Positions 39,966 through 53,319 of a stretch of DNA of 64,000 bases are shown in pieces. The stretch comes from the human T2T-CHM13v2.0 reference genome, Homo sapiens. How positions within the stretch are numbered: the first letter of the stretch is position 1; each line of letters opens with the position of its first letter. The notes beneath the pieces are model-generated. The model searched no databases, was not told the DNA's origin, and was given only the letters and a program-made list of their open reading frames with translations. The translations under genes were made by a program, and so were the position numbers. The stretch lies in NCBI RefSeq assembly GCF_009914755.1, contig NC_060932.1. One strand, given 5' to 3'.

Positions 39966-40635
39966 CCATAGAGGATTACAAAGGCAGGAATGCTTTAAAA
40001 CACATGTGTCCCCTCCAGAAACATGCAAAAAGTATCACAAGCGGAAAGCTCAGGTTTGTGTAACCCACAGGAAAACCCAGCTCAGGAAAAACTAATGTAA
40101 CATCTGCTAAATATAGTATAGAAATATCTTCCTAACTAGACAGAGTTCCATGACATTCAGCACTAAAGTACAATTTAATAAAGGAGGTTTAAATGCAAAA
40201 TACGAGAGATTGATGTGCAATGAGATAAATAGCAAAGTATAGTCACAAAGGCAGCATTAACTTGAGCGAAATGATTGTAAGAGAACGCATGACCAGCCAC
40301 TGTAGCCACAAAACTGCACTAGAACGCATTACTACTGAGAAGAAAAGCAACTCAGATATCACAACTGAATTTTTGAAAAAGAGATCCAGGACCAGAACCT
40401 TACCTCTGATTACTGCGTTGTTAATTCCTTATGAAAATAGTTATTTAATTAAAAATTGGCATCTGTATAATAAATAACATAATTAGCTACAGATACATGT
40501 AAGTAAACTGCTAAGTAAATCCATGTGTCATTTACCTTCTGGAGTTCCTTTGAATTATAAATTTTTCTTTCCCAAAGGAAGAACCCAATTCATGTGTAGA
40601 ATTTGGCTAAGTCCTATATTTATTGCTCCTAAAGC

Positions 40636-40795
40636 AGTGTTTGTTAAACCAAGGTCCCTAGATAGATCACCTGCAGAATCATACGAGAGTGCGTTTTAAC
40701 AACCAGCCTCCTAGAATCAACTCCAGATAATGATTCATAATCTCTGTGGACCAAGGCTAATAATAGACATACTTAATAAAATGCCTAGGTGATCT
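40636..40795. mobile_element. MER5B-like fragment
   Basis: cagtgtttgttaaac...cacctgcagaatca...ttaataaaatgcctaggtgat. Confidence 0.5.
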
Positions 40796-41671
40796 TCATT
40801 CATTCATTTATTTCAAATATTACACCATGTCTGGCATTGTACAATAATCATTGTGATGCAGGAAATAAAGGAACAGCCGTTCTGTTATAAAGTGATCGGG
40901 AGATCAGGAATGCTTCTCTGAGGAGATGAGCCCTAGCTCCTCAGCCCAGATGCAGAGAGAACCCACTTCACTAGTGGCATCTGGCAAGTCCCAAATGAAC
41001 AGGTGTTGCCTTTGTGGAGTCCCAGAAGCAGGAGTGGTACATTCAGTGATACAAGAGTCAGCTCCAGACATTGTCAATATCAACAGTCATCAGTATAACC
41101 ATCTGGAACTGGGAAGAACATGGCAAAGCTAGAAGGCATCCAGAATGACTCATCGCTAAGCACATGGCACACTCCATTAGGATACTTAGAACTCTTTCGG
41201 GGAAATACAGAGCTAAAGGATCTATACAGCAGGAAGAAAAAGAACAGGAGAAATATGGTTGGTAACTTGATTATGATGCTATTCCTTCCACCCCTTCACT
41301 TTCCTTCACTGCCTCTCTGTCCATTCTCCTCACCCAACGCACCCTCTGACACATGGATTTTTAGGAATTCTGAAAATAACTTCTTAAAAATCATGTAATT
41401 CCAGGGTAGGAGTGGGCTGTGAGACACCCTATCTAAATATCTGGACATTAAGTTTGTAGACTTATGTCAGCTTTGTATCTCTAGTGAATAGAAACATTTA
41501 GTCATAAAATAGCAGCCTTCCCTTGCAAACAGGAGCAAGAAAGCCATAGGGAAGTTTTATCAGTGATGTTTATATCTGCAGCTGCCTAACTAGGAAAAAT
41601 ACTCATGACAAGCATATTAGGAATTTTCAATAATATTTACAGGGAAGTCCATACTGTTACAGATGTATATA

Positions 41672-42863
41672 TGTGGGGGCCAAGGCTCTTGGAACCCTAA
41701 AGGTTCACTGAAAAATCACTGACATGAGGCAGAATAGGCATACACATTTATTTGATGTGTATAGATGGGAGCCTTCAGAATGGAGACCAAAAGATACTGA
41801 GGAAATTGTCCTATTTTAATGCTTAGGTTTAACAAAGTATGGACAGCTGTGAGGAAAAATGATTGGACAAAAAGGGTATAGCCTAACATTAATAAACTGA
41901 GTGGGGAAAGCCAGCAAGGCATGTCTGTCAAGATTCCTTCTGGTCTCTCTGTGCAGCATTTACTTCTTCTGGGTGTAGGGCAGGATCCTCTCTGGGATGG
42001 GGGTCTTACGACCTATAGTCAAACAAGGTAGGCCAGATAATGTCTTTATGGCCCATTTTACATAGGGAGGAGGGAAAGTTAGAGTACGATTTTTAGGATT
42101 CATGGCTGGCTTTTGGAAAAGAGGTTCTAGTTTGTATGGCCCGCCTCAGGAAAGAGAGATTCTAGTTTCTATATGTATTACTCAGAATCTGCATTAGTCA
42201 GTGTTCTCTAAAGGGACAGAACTAATAGGGATAGCTGAATATATGAAGGGGAGTTTATTAGGAGAACTGACTCTCCACTCACATCTTCACAAGATGAAGT
42301 CCCACAATAGGCCGTCTGCAAGCTGAGAAGCAAGGAAGCCAGTCACAGTTCCAAAACCTTAAAAGCGGGCAGGCTGATAGTGCAGCCTTCAGTCTGTAAT
42401 TGAAGGCCCAAGAGGCCTGGCAAACCACTGGCATTAGTCTAAGAGTCTAAAAGCTGAAGAACTCAGAGCCTCATGTTCGAGGGCAGGAAGCATCCAGCAC
42501 AGGAGAAAGTTGGAGGCCAGAAGACATAGCCAGTCTAGTCCTTCCACATTCTTCTCCCTGCTTTTATCCTAGCCACACTGGCAGCTGGTTAAATGGTGCC
42601 CACCCAGATTGACAGTGGGTCTACCTCTCCCACTCTACTGACTCAAATGTTAATCTCCTTTGGCAACACCCTCACAGACACACCCAGGAACAATATTTTG
42701 CATCCTTCAGTCCAATCAAGTTGACGCTCAATATTAATCATTACGCTATGGCTAGCCTCAGGGGAAAATGGGCCTGAGAGATGGAGGGCAGAAGGTCAGA
42801 GAATAACTTTTGCTTCTGAGGCTGCTGCTTTCATTTTGGGGTATCGTTTTCTGAGCCCCAACA
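41672..42863 (-). mobile_element. MER39 ERV1 solo LTR, interrupted by MLT2A
   Basis: tgtgggggccaagg...ttcattttggggtatcgttttctgagccccaaca (antisense of the MER39 start); 4-bp TSD tata (41668-41671 / 42864-42867). Confidence 0.85.
42174..42745 (-). mobile_element. MLT2A2-like (HERV-L) solo LTR nested in MER39
   Basis: attagtcagtgttctctaaagggacagaactaatagg...tcccacaataggccgtctgcaagctgag...ccaatcaagttgacgctcaatattaatcattac; TSD ctata / ctatg. Confidence 0.92.
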
Positions 42864-43865
42864 TATACAATCTAGAGCTACTTGTAAAAGTGTCAAAATG
42901 TATAGCTGAGCTCTCCAAAATCACTTTATACTCAAAATGTAAAGGTTTGTTCAATTGTTAAATATAATAAAATGCATATTTTTCTTTTAATTTTATTTTA
43001 GTCAATCATTGTTGAAAGAAACCATTACTCAAAATTGAAGCATAGGTAAAACATGAGTCACAGTGCCTAGCCCCAGAGAGCAAGAAATTTTATAAAAGGG
43101 GATAATGTGAATTTATCTATACAGACAGTAAATAACAGAAGCAAAATCACATGAATCAATGAATTAGCTCTATCTCTTTAGTGCCATAATGGGAATATGG
43201 TAAGTCAGGGATGAATGGGGAATATGGTTCTAGAAGTAGATGGAATTTGTTAGAAAAGACCATGAGGGAAGATGAAGGAAGAACAAGTTCAGTAATGATA
43301 TAATATAACTATTAAATGTTCAAGATGATTATGAAGTAGGATCAGAGGCTAAAAATGTCATTCTAAATGGAAAGAATCCCTGCAAAAAAAGGAAGCATAG
43401 CATTATCATGAACTGTATAAGAAAGAAACAAACAAAAATTCTGATAGCTGGCAGATGTGGTATTTGAAATGGGGTACAACAGAAAAATGAGAGGATTTAA
43501 GTCTGCAGAGAGTATAATTGCATACTAATATTTTATTATGAAGACAGTGACAAAATAATCCAAAAAATGAGTGAGAAAGATTATTCCTCTTGCACTGACA
43601 CCCAAGTAAGATTATATCATGATATTCTATTGAATAAAAGATAATTCTATTTGGTAATCTGGAAAGAAACCTATGAAAGTCCAAAATGGTTTAATAATTT
43701 TTTACAAAAACATGTTAAATGCATGTTGGCTATCGAAAAGACAATCTAAAAGTGACAATAGTAGCAAAGATGTGCATTTAAGTGACCAAATGAGCTGGTA
43801 GCTAAATAAATTCAATTTTCTCACTATGAAACATATGACTGAAAAGTGAATAAGCCAGAGGATTT

Positions 43866-43912
43866 TATATACATACATATATATATATGCACACGGGTGC
43901 GTGTGTGTGTGT
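43866..43912. repeat. (TA)n/(TG)n low-complexity microsatellite
   Basis: tatatacatacatatatatatatgcacacgggtgcgtgtgtgtgtgt. Confidence 0.75.
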
Positions 43913-44235
43913 CTCCATTGACTTAATTTGAAAAAAATATATAATTATATAAGAATTGGGTGCAAATACAATGAAAACCCTACATAATATATCTCAAAAT
44001 ATTTAATACCTATTTAGAATTGCAAGTCTAGATATTTCTTTCTTTCAGAGGCATAGATATGGCCATTGTTCACATATAATTGATTAATTTGTTTCAAAAT
44101 ACTTATGAACTTGAAATTCTTAACTAAATAGCTACTGAAATGGCATGAATTAAACAAAATACAATGGGCAAAACTCTAAATCAAAGACATGGAAATGTAG
44201 TTTTATTGTGCTAAACCTTAGACTTGGCACAAAGG

Positions 44236-44317
44236 GTAACTTTCTGAGAACACTATTTTCAACATTCTAGAATCATGTAACTTCCTGAGAACACTATTTT
44301 CAACATTCTAGAATCAT
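44236..44317 (+). repeat. 41-bp tandem duplication (2 copies, 1 mismatch)
   Basis: gtaactt(t/c)ctgagaacactattttcaacattctagaatcat at 44236-44276 and 44277-44317. Confidence 0.95.
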
Positions 44318-45050
44318 TTATAGCAAAAAAAATAATGATGCAATAATTAAATGTATTCAAGACACTATTCTTGAGACAGCTTATATAGAACAGAGAACAA
44401 TGTGGAGTTATAGTCACATAAGAGATAAGGAACATCTGATACATTCCTCGTGGCTAGAACTGTGGCTTAAGTTTGATGATCTGGAACAAGTTTAGCCCCC
44501 ATTAAAATTTCCTTCCCTAGTGTGTTGTTATTATTCAACCATGAAGAGTAAGGACCTTAGCAATGCAAGCTTCTTGTTAAAATAGAAACTCTAAGAGGAC
44601 AAGATTTTTGTTGTTGTTGTTGTTGTTAGCAATTCAGTAGATAAAAGAGTGACTAGCATTCAGTTAGTGCTCAATAAGTGCACAGTGCATGGAAACAGAA
44701 AAGGATACAGATTCAGGTTTTATTTAACCGAAAATATTAAGCATACCAGTGACACTGTCAGTTATCCATGAATTTCTTTGTATTTTCTCTTACTATTGTG
44801 TTACATTATCAGTCTTCTACACAAAAGTTTCCTGTTTAAGTTACTACTTCCTTTCATTTATTCTAAATGTGTAACTTTTGTGCAACAAGAAGTACCTTTT
44901 GTGCAGGAATGCCAAGGATGAAGCAGCAAGAAAGATTACTAGCAATCACAGTTTTCTGCCACTCTTTAAAAATCCCTGGAGTTTCCTTCAACTTCTTCAC
45001 TAACTTCTTGGATAGCACTTCTCCACCTATGGTTACAAGAGATGCACTAA

Positions 45051-45682
<632 letters not shown>

Positions 45683-46264
45683 GTATCCTTTAAACTTATT
45701 GGGGAAAGGGAGATCCTTTTTACTCCCCATTACTGTGGTCCACAGAGATAGTTACAAGTTTAGCAATTTATTTTTAGCTTATACCTACACACCCCTACTC
45801 CAACCCTTTTTGCATATTTCATCTAAGTAGACCCTAATGATGCTTTAGTCTTGGAGTCCAGCTCTATAAAAATTACTTCCACTTGTCTGAGGGAAGGAAG
45901 GGAGTAATATTCAAACTCTCTCAGAAGATAAGAGCAAATATTTATCTGTAACGAATGCTCAGAAAAAAATTCAAAAAGTCAATTTTCCATGTTAAAGCAA
46001 TCTAAAAGTCCCTTCTCAGCCACAGTTTGTTAATGTTGAGGTTCTATCCTATATTCTATAAGATATAGTCCAGAAAAGAAGTCACTGGAGAGCGAAAAAT
46101 CTTATGAGAGTATATGATACATCGTTTTGAAGAAACAAATGTATGTACTTATAGGAAAACACCCTTCTCCCTTGATCTCTCTATCTCTCTCCCACTACAA
46201 TCATTTTTAAAGTAAGTTTATAATTTCTCAACTCTGCAGAAAAACAGTTAAAGAGGTTTTTAAG

Positions 46265-46385
46265 AAAAGCAAAGCCTAAACTCCACCTAGACTAATTGAT
46301 TCAGTCCCTTGGGATGAGATCCAGGCATCTGTGTTTTCTAAACTCCCCCAATGATGCACACGGAGTGTGGGTTGCAAATCACTAA
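46265..46385. mobile_element. MER5A fragment
   Basis: ctccacctagactaattgattcag...ccaggcatctgtgttttctaaactcccc...ggttgcaaatcact. Confidence 0.55.
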
Positions 46386-46482
46386 TATAGATGGAGACGA
46401 AGGCTATACCAAGGATCTCTGGGTCACTTACATTTTCAGGACTCCAAAAGGAACTGATAACAAAGATTGAAGAGTAGTAGTC

Positions 46483-46866
46483 TAATTTGGTTTGGCTGTG
46501 TCCCCACCGAATTCTCATCTCGAATTGTAATCCCCATAATCCCCACGTGTTGAAGGAAGGACCTGGTGGGAGGTGATTGGATCATGGGGGCAGTTCCCCC
46601 ATGCTGTTCTCATGATAGTGAGTGAGTTCTCACAAGATCTGATGGTTTTATAAGTGTTTGACAGTACCTCCTTCACACTCTCTCTCACCTGCCACCATGT
46701 AAGACGTGTCTGCTCCCCCTTCTGCCATGACTGTAAATTTCCTGAGGCCTCCCCCGCCACATGGAGGAGTCACGCCATGTGACTGTGAGTCAATTAGACT
46801 TCTTTCCTTTATAAATTACCCAGTCTTAGGCAGTTCTTTATAGCACTGTGAGAATGGACTAATACA
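46483..46866 (+). mobile_element. THE1D MaLR solo LTR
   Basis: taatttggtttggctgtgtccccacc...gaatggactaataca; perfect TSD tagtc (46478-46482 / 46867-46871). Confidence 0.93.
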
Positions 46867-46874
46867 TAGTCAAA

Positions 46875-48130
46875 GTTCAAAAGATACGGAAAATGCTTCA
46901 GATAAAACTCAACACTCAATTATGAAATAAAACAAAAAAACTAGTAAGCAAAAAATGAAAGGGAAATTCCTCTAACCTGATTAAATATTCTATCAAAAAC
47001 TTACAGCAAATATTTTATCTAATGATGAAACTTTAAAAGTATGCCCTTTAAAATAAAAGCATATTAAAGGTGAGCCTATTGCCACCAGTTTGTAACACTG
47101 TGCTGAAGGTTCTAGCTAAAGAGGAGGGCAAGGAAAAGCAGGAAGAACAATAATCGGAAAAGAAAATACAAAGACTCATACTATGTGTAGACAATATAAT
47201 TATGCACATAGAAAATTTCAGAATATTTAGCAAGAACATTTTAAAACTAAAACTTCTAAAAATCAATAGCATTTCTACTCAGCAATAATAACAATAATTA
47301 TAAAATTTTATGAAAATCTGAAAAAAATACTATTTATAAAAGTACAGAAAAATTGTAGTATTATATAAGGGAATAAAATTCAGTAGTTTAAACAATGAAA
47401 TGCTGCTATATGTATCAACATGAATAAATCACAAAAATATAATTTAAAAAGTTTTATAAAGTATTCAGAATAATATATTTATTAAAGTTTTCCAGCAAAT
47501 AAATTAATAGTAGATGTCATTTGTTAATAGCTATGTAACACCAGTAAGTAAAGGCGAGTGAGTAACACCAGTAAGTAAAGGTATACTTGGCCTTCTATAT
47601 CCATGGGATCTGCATCTGTGAATTCAACCAATTAGGTATTGAAAATATTTGGGGAAAAAAAGAAATAGCTGTGTCCATACTAAACATGTATAGACTTTTT
47701 TTCTTTTCACTATTCCATAAACAATACAATATAACAACCATTTACATAACACTTACATTGTATTAGGTATTATGGGGACTCTACAGATGATTGAAAGTAT
47801 GTGGGGCAATGTGCATAGGTTATATGCAAATACACAATTTTATGTCAGGGACTTGAGCATCCCTAGATTTTGGTATACTCTGAGGGTCCTGGAACCAATC
47901 CCCTACGGATACCAAGAGACTACTGTTGAAACAACAACTTCAAGATAACTATTGCCTTATATAAGGGAGGGGAATGAAACAGGAGAGAATAGGAAAGACA
48001 GTTTTAAATCATATTTGTAATATTTGATTTCTTAAAAATGCAAAGTAAATAGAAAATCAAAATGTTGCCTTTACTATGAATGTTTATATTACCTAGGCTT
48101 TTTGATATGCAGTATATGTTATGATAAGAA
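46875..48130 (+). mobile_element. Decayed L1ME-type fragments (ORF2/3'UTR), interrupted by MER2
   Basis: gataaaactcaacactca...gaaagggaaattcctctaacctgattaaa...acttacagcaaatatt...aaaaatcaatagcatttcta. Confidence 0.7.
47584..47925 (+). mobile_element. MER2 (TcMar-Tigger MITE), full length
   Basis: ttggccttctatatccatgggatctgcatctgtgaattcaaccaa...gggtcctggaaccaatcccctacggataccaagagactactg; terminal inverted repeats evident. Confidence 0.92.
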
Positions 48131-48314
48131 AAATTTACAGAATGGTGAGAGACGTATGAGGATAACCATGATCATAGAACATCAGGGAATGTGAGAAAGG
48201 AGGGTTTTATGCAAAGTCTATACTGTCAAGGGAGCCATTTGATCGGTGGTTCACAAATTCACTGATTCACTAATAGTCATATAAATAAAGTGGATAAAAC
48301 TTTAAAAATTTGTA

Positions 48315-48500
48315 TCAGATAGACATGAGTTTGAATTTTAATTTGGCCTCATTTGTCGTGTGGACTTAGTTAATCTTAATTTCACTAAGCTTCCATATTT
48401 TCATCTCTAAATCCAAGTAATAATAGCCCTCTCTCACAGGATTATTTTGAAAATCAAATGAGATAATGTATACAAATAATGTATTATAAATATTGGTGAC
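48315..48500 (+). mobile_element. MIR
   Basis: tcagatagacatgagtttgaatttt...ttttcatctctaaa...aggattattttgaaaatcaaatgagataatgtatacaaa. Confidence 0.75.
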
Positions 48501-50759
48501 CTACTCATTTGCTCTACCTCTTTGGCCCAGAAGGAGTTGATTTAGTGAAATATCTTTCCAAGAATAATAAGTTCAATTCAGTTGGGATCCCTCTGTGCTT
48601 CCAAATAATTTAACAATGTCATTAAGAAAGCAGAGTGTGGGAGAAAGACCTTGGAGTCAGATAAATGGGGCTTCATGTTCAGACTTCTCCACCTTAATGA
48701 CTTAATTTTCTGTTTTCTTTCCAAGTCTTAAAAAATTGAGATAATAAAACATTTTTCACTAATTTGTTGTTAGTACTGAGTGAGATAAAGGATGCAAGAA
48801 CAATGAGAACAAAGTTCACCATAAAAGAGTTGTTCCATAAATGTTCACTGTCTTTAGAAAGACAGGAATAATAGGAAACGTGGGAATAAGTCACCAGAAC
48901 GTGTAATCAAATGCCCAAGTGGGTGTACAGATAAGCGTTCCAGGAAGCAAGAAGGCGCAATGTGTAAGAGTGTAAGATCCACTACCATTTTTATGCTAGG
49001 ATTATTCCACAGGTGTAATACTTCTCAAGTCTAGGCAAAACTACCTGTTTAAGGAAGCAACAAAATAAAATCTTCCTGTATCTATCAAACAAGTTCTTGA
49101 ATTTTTGGCTCATTACCCATGAGAACCTTCTTCATCAATCTTCTGAAACATGATCCCTTGAGGCTTCATTCTCATGTCTTATCTAATTCAACAATCTAGT
49201 TCTGTTATCTTTTCCTATTTTAATCTGGAGCTTTCAAGACATATTTGCCTAAATTTTCGTGCATCATTTGCAAAGCAGAAAATTATTAAATAAGACTCGG
49301 CTGCAGACTGTGCATTGGTGCACAATTAGTCTGAATCCTCTGAAAAAGCTGAGATAACCTCTGCGAGAGAGGCTTATCTAGCTTGTTTTTACAAATCGAA
49401 AACAAGGTGCTGAACAAGGGTTTATCTCAACCAGGAGAGCTACTTGAACAATTTAGATAACTTTCTATTTGCCAGCCAACTTTCTGTTATCAGGAAATAC
49501 TATAGCAAGAGGTTGGCCGTGTAAAATATGTGGAAATTTTCAGCATACACTTATATTCCAGCGGGAAAGATGATGTTGTTTAAATAACAGACAAGTGATG
49601 AAATGCTATTAAAAGTGTACAAAGTAACTGCCAGTCAAAAAAGCCAGAGCAAGCTGTCACAGATAGGCTCATATATCAACAGCACTGTGACTTTTTGTTT
49701 GCTTTTTATCACAGCTTGGTGTATAAAGAGCCATTTACCTGATTGGATATGGGACAGTTGCCATTTTCTTCTTTCCTTTGAAAAGGTGTATTTTGGAGTT
49801 GTGTGCCTGATGATGCTCTATAGACAGAGCTTTCTATACAGCGGTGTTTCTAGAAATCTCCAAAAATTCAGAAGATACATTTAGAATCCTTCAAGATCAA
49901 AAGCTTCCTGCAAAATTTGAGGGGGTGGAGAGGGACAGAAAATTCAAAGGCTTCAAAGGAAAAAACAAACTTGCTACCAGAGAGTGTTTTGCGAGTGAAA
50001 CTAATTTTCAGCAGTGGAATCGATTACAAAAATAAAAGTGGCCCATCCCACAAAGAGGGAGGTAGATGGCAAATGCTGTTTCCTCTGCCACACTTTGGCA
50101 AGTGGAATCTTGCAGTGTTAGGGAAATATCACAAAAGAATATTACACCGCGCGAGAAAGAAATGTTGAGAAAAGAGGACGAAAGCCTGACAGTGGGAGGA
50201 AGCAGATGCATTTGGATGGAACTCGGCAGGAAGTTTAATAACGTGGCCTCAGACCTGGCAACTCCTGAACCATAGGCTTAATCTAGCAATTAATCGAACA
50301 TTCTAACAGTCACAGGAACAAGACGCTGGAGGAAATTCTGAAAAATAAAAATAAACTGTAAATAATCTTTTGTATGTGGCAAACTGCAGATAGACTAACT
50401 ATGCATCTGATGGATTTTCATTAAGCAAAGGGAAGCAGTTCCACATGAAACGACACTTTTTTGAAATCAGCTGGCAATGAATTTGGAAAATAAAGATGAA
50501 CCTCTTGATTTGAATACATTTATGAAATAAGATTGACAAAAATGGAGAAAAGGTATAAAGTACTGGGATACAAAATAGCTAAATCATTTCCAAATTGAAA
50601 GTTTGGGATAAATGAAACTTTTAGAGAAACAAACATATACAACTGTGAGACTCACGATATTTATGAAAGAATTTTTATCTGTGAAAAGTCGTGCTAAGTC
50701 TCTTGAGCAGGATATAAATTTTTAGCCTGAGTTCACTCCTAGAATTCATGTGTAGCTCA

Positions 50760-50945
50760 GAAACAGTGTGGACCAAAAGGAAGGGTGTAATCTTAAACAG
50801 CTTACTTCATGCTCTGAGACCCAGTTTCACTATCATTGTAAAATGGAAATGATATTGATCTTCTGAGATTGTTGTGATACTAAACAAGAATATTTATAAA
50901 GAATTTAGTACTTTCCTGTCATACAGTAGATGCTCAACAACTGGG
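50760..50945 (+). mobile_element. MIR fragment
   Basis: ctctgagacccagtttcactatcattgtaaaatggaaatgata...catacagtagatgctcaacaa. Confidence 0.7.
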
Positions 50946-51432
50946 GTTATCATCACCTTTATTAGGACTTTAACTCACTTCACCCTAAGACCTGGAACAC
51001 AGGGGATTTCGCTTGAGTTTTAAGGGAAGGACCTATAATTAAACAAATAAGTCTCTCATTTCTAAAGAAAATTAGCCTAGTTCAGTGTCGCCAGTATTAA
51101 TGCTCACATGTCAACAGGATATAGTGCCATGAAGTGGGAAGCGTATCAAACCAGGGAAAGACTGTAATAGCAGAAAGTCTCTAGACATAACATTCAATAT
51201 CGTAGATTTACTTGCTGAGAGAATTATCCCCTTTTTTAGTTTTTTGAGTACCTGATTAATATGAGGACCAAGTATCAATGGATGTTAAGGCTGCTTCCAT
51301 TTTAACACCTCTCTAACACTTACTAATCTCCTCTTAAACAAAGAAAGATCAGACTTCAAGTCCAGATTCCTTACAGGTAAGCATCTCTACTTAAATTTAA
51401 TAACACTGTTTGTTTTCATAGTATTCATTCTT

Positions 51433-52017
51433 TTTGTTCCTTTTACAATTCTTTAATTGATACATAATAATTGTTTATATTTATTGGGTACATGTGATAT
51501 TTTGATACATGCATGCAATGTGTAATGATCAAATCAAGGATTTAGGATATCCATCACCCATATCATTAATCATTTCTTTGTGTTAGGAACATTTCAGCTC
51601 CTCTTTTAGCTATTTTGTAATATTTAATGAGTTAACTTGTAGTCACCTTACTGTGCTATCAAAAACTAGAACTGATCCCTTCTATCTAACTATATGGTTG
51701 TACCCATTAACCAACCTCCCTTTATCACTCTCACCCCCACTCTTGGCAACCTGTGGTTAACATTATTCTACTCTTTACCTCCATGAGATCATTTTTTTTT
51801 GCTTACACATATGCGTGAGAACATACAATATTTGTTTTTGTTTTTCTGTGCCTGGCTTATTTCACTTAACATGTAACCTCCAGTTTCCTACATGTTGTGG
51901 CAAAGGACAAGATTTCCTTTTTATGGCTGAATAATATTCTGCTGTGTGTATGTATACCACATTTCCTTTGTCCATTCATCTGCCAGTGGACACTTAGGTT
52001 GATTTCTTAACTATTAC
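51433..52017 (-). mobile_element. 5'-truncated L1MA4/5-like 3' end with intact 13-bp TSD
   Basis: taattgatacataataattgt...gggtacatgtgatattttgatacatgcat...aatgatcaaatcaagg; TSD agtattcattctt at 51420-51432 and 52018-52030. Confidence 0.9.
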
Positions 52018-52079
52018 AGTATTCATTCTTACAACTGTCTTTTATTTATAACAATATATTGCTTTTTCAATTAAAGTAA

Positions 52080-52615
52080 TTAAAGAAAATAAAAAATATT
52101 CTACCCAAAATTTACTTCTTTTGAAATATTTTGAGATGGCTTTTCAGAGGGCCTGTAGACAGGAATAGCCCTGAAAAGCTGCCTTGTGTGGAAGAGATTG
52201 GCATCAGTAGAGAAAAATCTATAATAGTAAAGTAAATCAGCCAAGCTTTCTCTGAGGCCTTCCCCCTTATCCAGATTTAGGAAAAATTAACTCAACCACA
52301 GGCTACCATCTATGCTGAGAGCTGCTACCTATAAGGTTTTATCTACATAGTGAGAACACCTTTACCCTAGGCCTTCCTTTCTCTCTACCTCCCATAAGCT
52401 CTCTTTCCACAATCCAATCCCCTATTCTTTCTGTAACCTCAAAATGGTATAAAAGTATCTGTTTTTTTCTTTGTATCTCATGTTTTCTATGACTCCCATA
52501 CACACATGTAAACATTAAGAAATTTTCTCTTCCTTTTCTATTAATCTGCCTTTTGTCAGTCTATTTTCAGTGAACCTTCAGAGGATGAAGAGTAAGCTTT
52601 TCCTTGGCCCCTACA
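52080..52615 (+). mobile_element. MER34-family ERV1 solo LTR
   Basis: aatattctacccaaaatttacttcttttgaaatattttgagatggc...tattaatctgccttttgtcagtctattttcagtgaaccttcagagg...ccttggcccctaca. Confidence 0.8.
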
Positions 52616-52699
52616 TAGTGATAAACAGTGTGATTTTAAAATACATATATGTATGTAAAAAATGTGAACATATGTAAGGAAGAATATTCAGTTAATCAT

Positions 52700-52895
52700 T
52701 GTTCAGCTTGTCATTAGTTGTAGGTTCTTGATAAAGTTGCTTAAACTTTCTAAGTCCTACTTCCCTGTTTATAATATGAGATCATTGTACTTATTTCCTA
52801 AGGCTTTAAAATGATTAATCTAACCATGTATGTGAAGTGTGTAACAGAATGTTCCAGCCCATAGTAATACGGGCTCAATAAATACTTGCTATGAT
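52700..52895 (+). mobile_element. MIR
   Basis: cttgataaagttgcttaaactttctaagtcctacttccctgttta...catagtaatacgggctcaataaatacttgctatgatt. Confidence 0.7.
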
Positions 52896-53319
52896 TTTAG
52901 GGAATGCCAATCCTTGAGTAAGTGTGTTCATCATTCCATGAAACCAATCTTCATATTTAACAGTCTGGTTATCCAAATTACCTTCTACTAAAAAAGCAGT
53001 AAGGTGAGATTTTTATTTTAAAAAAAAGAAGATGAAACACATACATACAGAGTTCTTAATTATTTCACTCCTGATAACAGATAGAAATGCTTTAAAAATA
53101 ATGGCAAGGCTGTTCAGTATATCTGAAAAGAGGAATACATAGCTATATGAGATTGATTGAGAATTAAATAAACACCAAGTATCCCAGAAACCATATGATA
53201 TTTTTCTGGGGTGTACAGAGGTTGAAGAAAGTAAAGAGAGGATGTATTTAAACATTGAAGATAAAGGAAAACAGAGAATAAAAGAAATATTACAACATGA
53301 CTTATTTTAAAATGTTATA

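Noticed and set aside
51230-51382. Strong donor CAG|gtaagc at 51376/51377 as an exon end
   Set aside because: No convincing matching acceptor or open frame; isolated consensus donors are common.
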